Source: Pecten maximus (taxonomy: Eukaryota). From it: a DNA stretch of 64,000 nt. The notes beneath the pieces were generated by a model that ran no database searches, was not told where the DNA came from, and was given only the letters and a program-made list of their open reading frames with translations. Position 1 is the stretch's first letter, and each line of letters opens with the position of its first letter. The position numbers and the translations under genes were made by a program. This document shows positions 53,002 through 64,000 of the stretch, one piece after another. Location of the stretch: positions 27,404,001 through 27,468,000 of the forward strand of contig NC_047028.1 of assembly GCF_902652985.1 (NCBI RefSeq), written 5' to 3'.

Positions 53002-53738
53002 GATCTCGTTTGACTCCTACCTCACATGCTGGCCGCACCTTGGTGTGTTTCTGGTGGATTTTTGTCTTGGTTACGCTCATTTTGTATGCTTCCAGTCTCA
53101 CGTCCATTTTGTTTTTGAAGTCCCCGGATGTTGAAAATCCACTTCCATTTTACACCTTTGAACAAATGACAAAGCAATCTAAAATAAAGTACGGCACCGC
53201 CAAATCTGGTTCTGCGAAAAGCTACTTCAGGAAGTCCTCTGGAGCGCTCGAACGACAAATATACAAGCTTTGGAAAAGTAATCCAGACCTTTGGGTGCCG
53301 TCGATTGAGGAAGGGGTTGCCAGGGTGAAAAATGGTAACGGGGATTACGCTCTGGTCTTGGATAGCGAATTCGCATATTACACGGCGGCAAAAACCTGTG
53401 GCTTGGCTGTGACAGGCAAATTGTATTTGGAACGGTCATACGCCTTCGCCTGTGGACCAGACACCGATATTTGTCGTCAGCTCGATCATGCTATTCTCGA
53501 TATGAAGGAAAACGGTGAGCTACTTATGATCGCAGACAAATGGATGAGTGGACCTTGTGGCAGCTATGCCGACCTATCGACGCCTGAACGCTACATCCCG
53601 CCGACGTTGGATGCTTATCTAGACGTGAAACACATGGATATAACACGATTCACGTTGCCACTAGCCAGCATATTGTGTGGAGTGATAATAAGCATTCTGG
53701 TAGCTGCAATAGAGAAATTCCGGTCCAAGTCCAAAGGG
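53002..53738 (+). CDS. iGluR/IR-family gene, exon 6 (M3, S2, M4)
   Basis: PTSHAGRTLVCFWWIFVLVTLILYASSLTSIL, QSKIKYGT, SIEEGVARVKNG, YALVLDS, DHAILDMKENGELLMIADKW, M4; GGG|GTAAGT donor at 53738/53739. Confidence 0.95.
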
Positions 53739-54398
53739 GTAAGTCGTCAAGCACGCGTAACTTTACCTCAAGAGGCATGAGTTTGTGTAAAGTTCTAATA
53801 TTACAAAAAATATAATCGTAAAATTTTACCGTTTTTTTCTTAATGTACTCATTTGAATTTTCTGGTGAATGACGTACTGTTATATATGGCGACATTTTAT
53901 CTACTAAACTTCGGGTTGTCGCAGTTTCTGAAGGCGACAAAGCGACAAGGCGACAAGGATTTTATTTCTTTACTCAAGACACCATCATAAAACAAATTTA
54001 CATTTTCATCTCGTCTAAATTCATTAAAGAGTGCATATCAAGTATCTGTTTGTTTACATGTTTGAGGCTTTATTCCAATAACCTCATCACAATAGAATAT
54101 CCCTGTTACTATGACAATGGAAAAATTAGGTATTTACTTACAACACATAATTGGGGGAAACAGAATAAGGAAAGATTGTGCAAACCCGGTCCCGGATGTG
54201 GTAGGTGTGTAGGAATATATCAAGGAATCATGTATTTTGTTCGGCGGACATCAATTTACTCACAAATGATGCCGAGCAAAATTCGATCACTGCTGTTGAA
54301 ATTAATGAATTGTTATAATAAAAAAAAACACATACAATGTATTTGAAAAAAATTAGATTTTTCTCTATGAGAAGAATGATTGTCTGTTAATTTTACCT

Positions 54399-54472
54399 TA
54401 GCCCGAGTTTTCTCTGGCCCTGTCACCATGTCTGGTGTAGGTTGGTGACAGGGCCAGAGAAAACTCGGGCTA
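54399..54472. mobile_element. 74-bp perfect hairpin, AcademH-like mini-element
   Basis: 30-bp perfect arms TAGCCCGAGTTTTCTCTGGCCCTGTCACCA, 14-nt loop, TAG..CTA termini; 9-bp flanks ATTTTACCT/ATAGTACCT (7/9 match). Confidence 0.7.
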
Positions 54473-54768
54473 ATAGTACCTCTGACTGCAGAAAACGTGA
54501 TTTTGTTTTGAAAAATAGTTCCCTAGTTACAAAATGGAATCATCTCACCTTACGTTCGAGGTTATGTGACTGACGTCACATTCGCGATGTTCCGGGTAGT
54601 GAACAGATCCAAAATTTAATTTAAGCTGCAAAGGAGTACTAGTAAAGAAGCCCTCACAAACCTTTTGTTACGAGGCACACGTGTTCTTACAGTAAACATG
54701 TTTTATATATACACACATGTATTGTATTTCTATATATTTATATCTTGTATTTTGTCCTTGTGTTGTAG

Positions 54769-54843
54769 ATTGCCCGGGGAGCACGTATTCCTGCACAGGA
54801 AGATAAACAAGGCTTCAGCAACAGCCCAGACATCGATATGTAG
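54769..54843 (+). CDS. iGluR/IR-family gene, terminal exon 7
   Basis: Pyrimidine-rich TAG acceptor at 54767-54768; phase-0 IARGARIPAQEDKQGFSNSPDIDM*. Confidence 0.65.
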   Translation: MARGARIPAQEDKQGFSNSPDIDM

Positions 54844-55579
54844 TGGGCAACCGGGAATCCTCAAAAATGGAACTCTTCGATAACTTCAGTTTTGACAGTA
54901 TGCAGCTCTCAAACGTCTCCAGTGAACTGTAAACGTCAAAAATATAAAACGAATAGGTGCCTTTTATATGTATATCTATATTTCACAGTCACGAAACATC
55001 TAAATATGGTTATAATATGGACACTTTAGTGTATAACCATCAAACTGAAGCAAGGCTAATACTTATTCTTGTTTGAAATTGATTACGTTTTCAACCTTTT
55101 AAATAATGTAGAAAACAAAGGTAACTTAGGTTCGGCATGTTTAAACAGATTTATTATGCTGAAGAAGATACACAGTATAGCTTGGTTTGACTGCTCGCTT
55201 CGAGTCTCCTTTCACGGCCGAATGCTGTGATCAGAGGAGGCTGGATTTACCCTGCCTTTCATGGGTCTAAGTCTTGTTTGTACGCCATGCTCGAATGTTC
55301 CACGGTTTGCTGAGCAGCACTTCTGTTGTCAGATGCCGCTGCAACAAACTCTTCCAATCTTAAGATGGCTGACCTTTACGCGTAACTTGTGTCGCCATAT
55401 TTGTGATTTGATGACGATGCTATAAGCACCTCCTAGCCTATTGCTGCCGTACATTGCATACCCACAGCGTTAATAGGAGTACAAAAGAGCAGCATGAGTA
55501 TGAGGCGCCGTTTTACTATCTAATCAGTATTTTACATCAAGAATTGGACTTTCTAACATAAAAATAGAGAGATTTCGGA

Positions 55580-58495
55580 CTATATGATTTAATTGTGAAA
55601 TTATATTACATAGTGTCATCGTTGCTTGATTTGATTTCATGATTATTTTACTAGTATATGATTTGATTGTATCATTACATTATATGATGTCATCATTGTA
55701 TGATTGGATATGATCATTATAATATATTATATGATTGGATCATTACATTATATAATTTGATTTTATCATTATATTATATAATTTGATTTTATCATCATAT
55801 TAAATGATGGCATCATTGTATGATTTGATTTGATCATCATATGATTAGGTTTTATCATTTTAAAATATGTTGTCATTATTGTATGATTTTATTTGATCAT
55901 TATAATAGATGATTTGATTTGATCATTATATTATGCTGTTTCACTAATACATTTCCATGTATCGTTTTATCGTTATATCCTTCTTTTCGTTATATCATTC
56001 TGTCTCAACATTATATCATGCTTTATTCACCATGTGTTTTAGTGTAATCGTTTTCATGGTTATATAATTCCATATTGTATCTTTCTACCATCCCTTCGTC
56101 ATATTATTAAAGCTTTTATCCATCTTTACTATTCAATCAGTATTGTATATCAAGAATCTGACATTTCTATCATAGAAAATAGAGAGATTTTGGATTGTAT
56201 GATTTGAGTGTATCATTATATTATATGATGTCATCATTGTATAATTTGATTTGATCATTATTATATGTCATGCCGTGGCGTCCAGCCTCCATCCGTCAAC
56301 AATTGACTTCTTCTTCTGAACCGCTGATCAGAATTTTACCAAATTTTGTAGGAAGCATTCCTAGGTGGCTGGGATTCAAATTTATACAAATGATGGGGCT
56401 GACCCCGTAGGGGCCTTTGGGGCGGGGCCAAAGGGGGTCTATTTGGTAATATTGATATTAATGACTTTTTCTCTGGATCTAAGCAATGTATGACATTGAT
56501 ATTTCAGCGGTAACATCCCTAGGTGGTTGGGATTCAAATTTATTCAAATAATTGTGTTGACCGAACAGGTGCCAGAGGGGCGGGGCCAGTAGGGGTCCAT
56601 TTGATAATTTTGATATTAACGACTTCTTCTCTGGACCTAAGCAATGTATGACATTGATATTTCAGCGGTAGCATCCCTAGGTGGCTGGGATTCAAATTAA
56701 TTGCATTTTTGAAACTCAAATGATAAACACATTCATGTTGTAAAAATAGAATCAGGGGTCTTTCCCCACCGTTGAAGATTTGTTTATTTTGTTATGTCTT
56801 TGAAACCGTTGAGGTCTTCATCCCAAAACCATATATAGCATTACTGGGCATGAAGAGATGAACATAATTGAGATGTAAAAGTAAGCCCAGGGGTCTATCC
56901 CCAATCCCATGGGAATTTGGGTTTCTTTAAACACAATCATGTTGAGTCTTGACATCGTTTCCAGATTATATCTTTGAAGCACCCCGTAATCATACATATA
57001 ACATTGTTAGACGTTAACAAATATAACATGAACATTATTTTAATGTTTGCTCAAATAAACCAAGTGAGCGATACAGGCCCTCTAGGCCTCTTGTATGATA
57101 TGATGTCATCATTATATGATTTGATTTGATCATTATATTATATGATGTCATCATTGTATGATTTGATTGGATCATTATATTTTATGATTTGATAATTATA
57201 TATGATTTGATTTAATCATTATATTATACGATTTGATTTGATCATTATTTTATATTAATTGATTTGATCATTATATTATATTATTTGATTTGATCATTAT
57301 ATTATATTATGTATTCTTTGTATGATTTGATTATTTTATGATATGATTTTATTTAATCATTATGATGTCATCATTGTATAATTTGATTTGATCATCATAT
57401 GATATGATTTTATTTGATCATTATTTAATATGATGTCATCATTGTAAGATTTGATTTGATCATCATATGATATGATTTGATCATTATATTTTATAATTTG
57501 ATTGGATCATTATATAATATAATTGGATTTTATCATTATATTATATCATTTGATTTGATCATTATATGATATGATTTTATTTATTCATTATGATGTCATC
57601 ATTGTATTATTTGATTTGATCATCATATGGTATGATTTGATTTGATCATTATTTAATATGATGCCATCATTGTTTGATTTGATTTGATCATCATATGATA
57701 TGATTTGAATTGATCATTATTTAATATGATTTGATCATTATATTATATAATTTGATTTTTTATCATTATATAGTATTTTTTGATTTGATCATTATATTAT
57801 ATGATTTTATTTTATCATTATGATGTCATCATTGTATGATTTGATTTGATCATCATATGATATGATTTTATTTATTCATTATTTAATATGATGTCATCAT
57901 TGTAAAATTTGATTCGATCATTATAATATATGATTTTATTTGATCATTAAATTATATAATTTGATTTGATCATTATATTATATGATTTGATCATTATAAT
58001 ATATGATTTGATCATTATATTATATGATTTGATCATTATAATATATGATTTGATTTGATCATTATATTATATGATTTGATCGTTATATTATGTGATGTCA
58101 TGATTGTAAGACTTGATTTGATCATTATATTATATAATTTGATTTTATCATTATATTATATGATTTGATCATTATATTATGATTTTATTTGATCATTATA
58201 TGATTTTATTTGATCATTATATTATATGATTTGATCATTATAATATATGATTTGATCATTATATTATATGATTTGATCATTATATTATATGATTTGATCA
58301 TTATATTATGATTTTATTTGATCATTATATTATATGATCTGATTTGATCATTATATTACATGATTTGATCATTATATTATGTGATGTCATGATTGTAAGA
58401 CTTGATTTGATCATTATACATGTATTACATAATTTGATTTTATCATATTATATGATGCCAGCATTATGATTTGATTTGATCATTATATTATGCTG
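55580..58495. repeat. AT-rich satellite (TGATTTGATCATTATATTATA, 21-26-bp units) inside a tandem duplication, interrupted by a HINE
   Basis: Arrays at 55580-55935, 56195-56262 and 57095-58490; unique flanks duplicated (55516-55580 vs 56128-56195; 55935-56125 vs 58490-58677). Confidence 0.95.
56263..57094 (+). mobile_element. Non-autonomous Helentron (HINE) with 158-bp internal tandem repeats
   Basis: CCTAGGTGG(C/T)TGGGATTCAAATT at 158-bp period; 3' GTGAGCGATAC-AGGCCCTCTAGGCCT hairpin-CTTGT; related to 63745-64000. Confidence 0.85.
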
Positions 58496-59898
58496 TTTCA
58501 TTAATACATTTCCATGTATCGTTTTATCGTTATATCCTTCTTTTCGTTATATCATTCTGACTCAACATTATATCATGCTTTATTCATCATGTGTTTTAGT
58601 GTAATCGTTTCCATGGTTATATTATTCCAAATTGTATCTTTATACCATCCCGTCATCACTATTAAAGTTTCCATCGTATATATATCTTCGTAGCGATTAG
58701 CATATATTATATTCATGTATATATATACATGTTATGCACGGTCAATTATGTCAGAGTTTATACCAGTAACTGGTAATTTCAATACATATTTTATGTTATG
58801 GAGTCATACACAAAAAAACAAAACAAAAAAAACAACAACAAAAAACCGAAAGCATACGCATCATAAACAGCATTATGGTTTATTCAGAGTACACTCCGGT
58901 TTTTTTTTCTATTATACCGTCATAACATAAAAGATATATTCAAGTTAATCCTTAAAAAAAAAATTAAAAATGTATTAATCCATTTCTGTTGTTCAGTGTG
59001 TTAAATATTTTAACGATTCGGTCATGAGAAGGGAAGCTTATCTACACCTGACTTACTTCATGATTTTCAGATGTCTTCATCAAGATATCATTTCTGCTTT
59101 GGAGAAAGTACCTGAATATGGTTTCGTGAGCTTCTTATAATACTGAAATACGAATTACATAAACCCAACAGGCCAAATAATAGAAAACAATAATTAATTA
59201 CATGTAGTTAATAAATTCCATTGCATGAAAGCAACACCTCTTAAAGAAATACATCAGCCATATTTCAATGCAATTATTCCAAGCTCGTAAATTATTATCA
59301 ACGTATTTTTTAGTATTAGTCAATATATTTATGTAAGTCACAGTTAAATGACACTTACAATAAATGCGGTCACACTAAATTCAAAGGCAGCACCACCATG
59401 AAGAAAAGCTGACAACTTTCTGTATATTGTTCCGAATGGTTCCTGCAAGCCACAAGAATCAAGCTACGACAAGCTCCATGGTTTAACGGACTATAAATGT
59501 CAACATAAACTACAGGAAAATATTATCTAATGTAATATTTTTAACAAATATGTCATAAAACAAAGGCTTTTCCTTAATTAGGAAAATTAAAAATGTCCCC
59601 AACAATATTTTTAAATACCCAGACCAGTGCATAACATTGTTTACAAATATTATTCGAGATAAACAGTGCTTTAAAACCAGAAAACATATATTTACAAAAC
59701 ACGATATATGCTGGTGTATCGTTATATCTTATCAATATACTATTTCACTATTTATAAGAAGACATTGTCGTTTCATGAGTATGAAATCTACAGTTATAGT
59801 CGCTTTATTGACGACCTAGAATGTTGTTACTGAAAGTGTGATGGTAGAAAATTCAAAGAGCTATGTACTTAAATTCAGATCGGTTAAAAGAAATCCAA

Positions 59899-61345
59899 GA
59901 CCGTGGTGGCCGACTGGTTAATGTGTCCCGACACTTTATCACTAGCCCTCCACCTCTGGTTGCGAGTTCCAAACCCACATGGGGCAGTTGTCTGGTACTG
60001 ACCGTAGGTCGGTGCTTTTTCACCGGGTACTCCGGCTTTCCTCCTCCTCAACAAGAGCTGTTGGAGAACAGCATAGCTCGTCTCGCAAATGTTTGTCAAT
60101 AAATAATTAAAATATATTAATTGGAATGGTTTCGCAAATTGCATTAATAATATTTATATTGTTTACTTGATCAGATTATGCTTTGTGAATTCATGCAATT
60201 TTCAAAACCATACCAATTTATATATATATAAATTATTTATTGACAAACATTTGGGAGACAAGCTATGCTATTGTAGATTAAATGAATATATTAAATACAA
60301 ATGTAATTGCTTTTGGACATATTTCTTCATTTTTTTGACAAAATATTATCCTAATGAGAGTTGTCTCCCTTGAAAAATGTGGACCGGTATAAATATGTCT
60401 ATTGTGAGCATTTTCACATTGTTTTATTTTCAGTTTCACCCCAAGAATGGATAGTGTAACTCCATAGGGACTCTTTTACCAAATATCAGCACCCTAGTAC
60501 AATCATAAGGTGATGTGTTAAATAGCTTTCAACATTTGCACAAAAATTAAAAAAAAAAAATGTGTTTTTTCCCCAAAAAAATATTTCAGTTGAACTCGGG
60601 CAAGGGATAGTTTAACCCCCACAGGGAACCTAATACCATGTATTACTATTCCTTTCAACACTCACAATATAAACTTAACACAAAGTCCAAAGATTTAAAA
60701 ACAAAAACAAAAAAACAGATTTAAAAAGAAAAATCCAATTTTTTTTTTAAAGTTTTACTCCAGGAAGGGATTGTCTTACTCCATAGGGACTCTATTGCCA
60801 AATATCAGCACCCTAGTACAATTATAAAGTGATGTATTAAAACCTCTTAACACTTAACCAAAAACTTGACGCAGAAATATTCTAAGTCCAAAAATTTGAA
60901 AATTCTGGTTTTTTCCCAAAAAAATCTTTTAGTTTAACTCTGGCAGGGGATAGTCTAACCCCAGAGGGACTCTATTGCCAATTATCAGCACCCTAGTACA
61001 ATTATGAAGTGATGTATTAATACCTTTCAACACTTGCACCAAAAACTAAACGCAAACATTTTCTAAGTCCAAAAATTTTTCAAAAATCTGTTTTTTTTCC
61101 AAAATATCTTTTAGTTTAACTCCGGCAGGGGATAGTTTGACCCCCACAGGGACCATATTACCATAAATTACTATGCCTTTCAACACTTGCACCAAAAATT
61201 TAACATTTGGAAAACCAACGCCGACGCCGTAGTGACGACATAAGCTCTCACTCTTCTTCGAAGAGACGAGCTAAAAACCTGGCACGTCCTTAAATGACCT
61301 TGGCTGTTAATAAGACGTTAAACAAATTAAACCAAACCAAACCAA
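59899..61345 (+). mobile_element. Family-A SINE split into 59899-60051 and 61274-61345 by a HINE insertion
   Basis: Head and core stop at CTTTCCTCCTCCTCA and resume at AAAACCTGGCACGTCCTTAAATGACC...GACGTTAAAC(AAACC)n. Confidence 0.9.
60052..61275 (-). mobile_element. Complete non-autonomous Helentron (HINE) with internal tandem repeats
   Basis: Subterminal IRs TAGCTCGTCTC (60074-60084) and GAGACGAGCTA (61263-61273); hairpins GCTGTT-GGAG-AACAGC and CTCTTC..GAAGAG; inserted in an A/T run with no TSD; ~180-bp internal repeats. Confidence 0.9.
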
Positions 61346-63344
61346 GAAAAAACTATCGTATCGCTTTGATGAATCTTGGATCTACCATTCCAAATTTAAA
61401 TAGCTTTCTTTACAAAAACGTGCAATCAAAAGAAAGGCAAATGATGCTATGTACATGCACGTGATTGGAAAGTGTGAGGGTAGAAAATTTAAAGAGCAAT
61501 GTACTTTAATTCAGATCGGCTAGAGGAAATCCAAGAGGTTGTTCGATCAGCGATTGTGGGAAGATTTGTTGAAATATTCTCGAAGAAATTAACATCCGTT
61601 AACCAGACAACTTCAATTCCTTGTAGAAAGGCACAGGTACTTGGCATGGACTCCTAACCAAGTCCCATTATAATACATAGTTAGGGATGTCATGTCCCTG
61701 TGTTACACTGGGACTGTTAAATATTGCCTTGTCTTATCCATTAGCGAGCGACTGAAAGCATGACCTGATGAAAAGCAGCAAAGAAAGTAGATGACAGAGA
61801 AAAGATGAGAATCTGCCGAGGTATGCTATTGACATACTTGTTCTTTCACTCAATGTACAAGGGATGTTATTTGTGATCTAATAATTTGTCTTCATAGTCA
61901 CTTTTTGATATTTTCTGAAAGGGAATCGTTGATGAAGAGATACAAACCTCACAGAACAAGCTCTACTGTGGTTAGCCAAGAAATGGTTAAAACATCTACA
62001 AACAATATCATATATTTCATCATAACAGACTTGTATATGAAACGAACAAGGTGACAATTGCAATGACAAGCCAAAGCAGTTAATATATTTTTCAAAATAT
62101 TTTAATTCTTAGAAGAAAATGTAACACATTCTTGTTGTTTTAGAGAGGTCAGTGTATTCAAAATCCATTTATAATAAATTTACCAGAAATTTTCATATAA
62201 TACAAAATTTCCCGAATTTTATCATAATGTGAAACCTTTAAAATCGTCCAGAATCAAATATTTGGTTGATTAATCATTTCCTTACTTGTGGATCCTATTA
62301 ATTAATTTACCATTTTCAAGCCTCCAATTTTGAGACAGTAACAACAGTTTGACAATGGGATTATCACATTTTGTCGATGCAAATGGTGAAATGTCAATTA
62401 CGTTTTAGAATATCAACTTAAAATTGGTGTTTTTTAATCGTCCAATTGCTGCAAATGTGACATATATTTTTTTCTGTAAATTACATAAGCATGCATCCAT
62501 AGGTGTCAGTGTGTGGAACAAGTATACACTTTTGTCCACATTTTATATAAAACATGCACATTGCTATTAATGAGACTAAGGCAAATTACATCAAGATTCT
62601 GTTAAAATACATAATTAAAATACAACTCTCATCTAAGTTTAGAAATAAAATTCAGGTAAAAAAATATCAAGTTTGTTGAAACACATCATTAAAATATTTA
62701 TCAGAACTAATTTTGATTGCTTTTCAACCATATATTCAAATTATTTTGAATAATTAATTTTGATTTGTCATAGCGATGAAGAACTGCACAAGAAACATGT
62801 GAACCTTTTAGTAAATAAAATGAGACTGAAGCTGTATCAAAAACTGTTCAGTGAAGTTAGAGACCAACAGTGTGGAAATCTGTAAGACATTTTAGAAAAA
62901 AACAAATGTCGATACAAAAGTTTAAATATTAAAGCAAGCTACAGTGATATTAAAATTCCATTGATTTTGTAAATTATGGGTAGAAAATTATATCAAAGTA
63001 AGTTAATGTCATATACTTCTGTAAACAAATTAATTTATCTAATGCAAAAATAAAAAAAACAGAATTGTGCATTTTGATGAAGTTTTAGAAACATTTTTTT
63101 TTAATTTCATACTTGTGAAATTTTTGACACAAGAATATACAATTTTTTTTTACCTGGTGTCCAACTGCCTACATACAAATATTCAGAGTTGCTTCCAACT
63201 ACCTACAGACAAAAGTATTTAAAGTTTGAGGATTTTTCACCTCTACAGGACAATGCGCAACATCATTATCAACCTTAGAGTGGGATGGACAGCCATCAAC
63301 TACAAGTCTTCTGGTAACTGTTAAGATATTATAAAGCCATAAAT

Positions 63345-63744
63345 TTTAAACTTCCTAATTCTTCTATACTAGAAACTTCCTAATTTTTTCTATATGAGAA
63401 ACTTCCTTATACTCTACAAGAAACTTTCTAATCGTCCTAAGCTAGAAACTTCCTTATTCTTCTATACTAGAAACTTCCTCATTCTATACTAGAAATTTTC
63501 CATGTCTTTGATGCTAGAAACTTCCTAATTCTTCTATACTACAAATTTCCTTATTCTTCAATACTAGAAACTTCCTCATTCTATACTAGAAATTTTCCAT
63601 GTCTTTGATGCTAGAAACTTCCTAATTCTTCTATACTACAAATTTCCTTATTCTTCAATACTAGAAACTTCCTCATTCTATACTAGAAATTTTCCATGTC
63701 TTTGATGCTAGAAACTTCCTAATTCTTCTATACTACAAATTTCC
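63345..63744. repeat. ~25-bp minisatellite with perfect 97-bp higher-order repeat (~2.9 copies)
   Basis: TACTAGAAACTTCCTCATTC starts at 63465, 63562 and 63659. Confidence 0.95.
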
Positions 63745-64000
63745 CCATCATTTGTACAATTCTGAAGTCCACAGTGTTTACCAATAACGCAAAAATGACC
63801 CCTTTTGGCCCCGCCCCAGAGGCCCCCAGGGGGTCAGCCCCATCATTTGTACAATTCTGAGTCCCCTACCCATAGGGATGCTTCTGACCAAATTTGGTCA
63901 AATTCTGATGTGTGGTTATGAAGAAGAAGTCAATTGTTGACGGACGGACGGACGACGGACGCAACGGTATGGCATAAGCTCACCTTGGTCCTTCGGACCA
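63745..64000 (-). mobile_element. HINE end (runs off the window)
   Basis: Reverse-complement homologue of 56263-56440; (GACG)n microsatellite, ATAAGCTCACC and hairpin TGGTCC-TTC-GGACCA. Confidence 0.85.

Overview
AT-rich animal genomic DNA with spliceosomal introns; the SINE, Helentron and Kolobok-type repeat content is typical of a bivalve mollusc (possibly a scallop; inference). Host genes: (1) a single-coding-exon two-TM protein with an APD1-4-middle (DUF4793)-like luminal domain and PPxY tail (2812-4020,+), with a decayed tandem paralogue (11241-12553,+); (2) a Tartan/Capricious-like LRR type-I membrane protein (21002-22534,-); (3) a 7-exon ionotropic glutamate receptor-family gene (34025-54843,+), assembled by hand to about 485 aa. 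In it the signal peptide appears to splice straight onto ligand-binding segment S1, so there is no amino-terminal domain, and the M3 gate is degenerate. The rest is dense with mobile DNA and tandem repeats. The most striking is a young 5'-truncated L1/Tx1 LINE flanked by a ~660-bp, ~99%-identical direct duplication that starts exactly at its two junctions, and a nearby SINE shows a similarly over-long flanking duplication. Also present: several nested insertions (HINE in SINE, Kolobok-type in MITE, Kolobok-type in SINE), a pogo-transposase-bearing MITE, an AcademH-like 74-bp hairpin, and mini/satellite arrays. All assignments are from reading the sequence by eye; no database searches were run.
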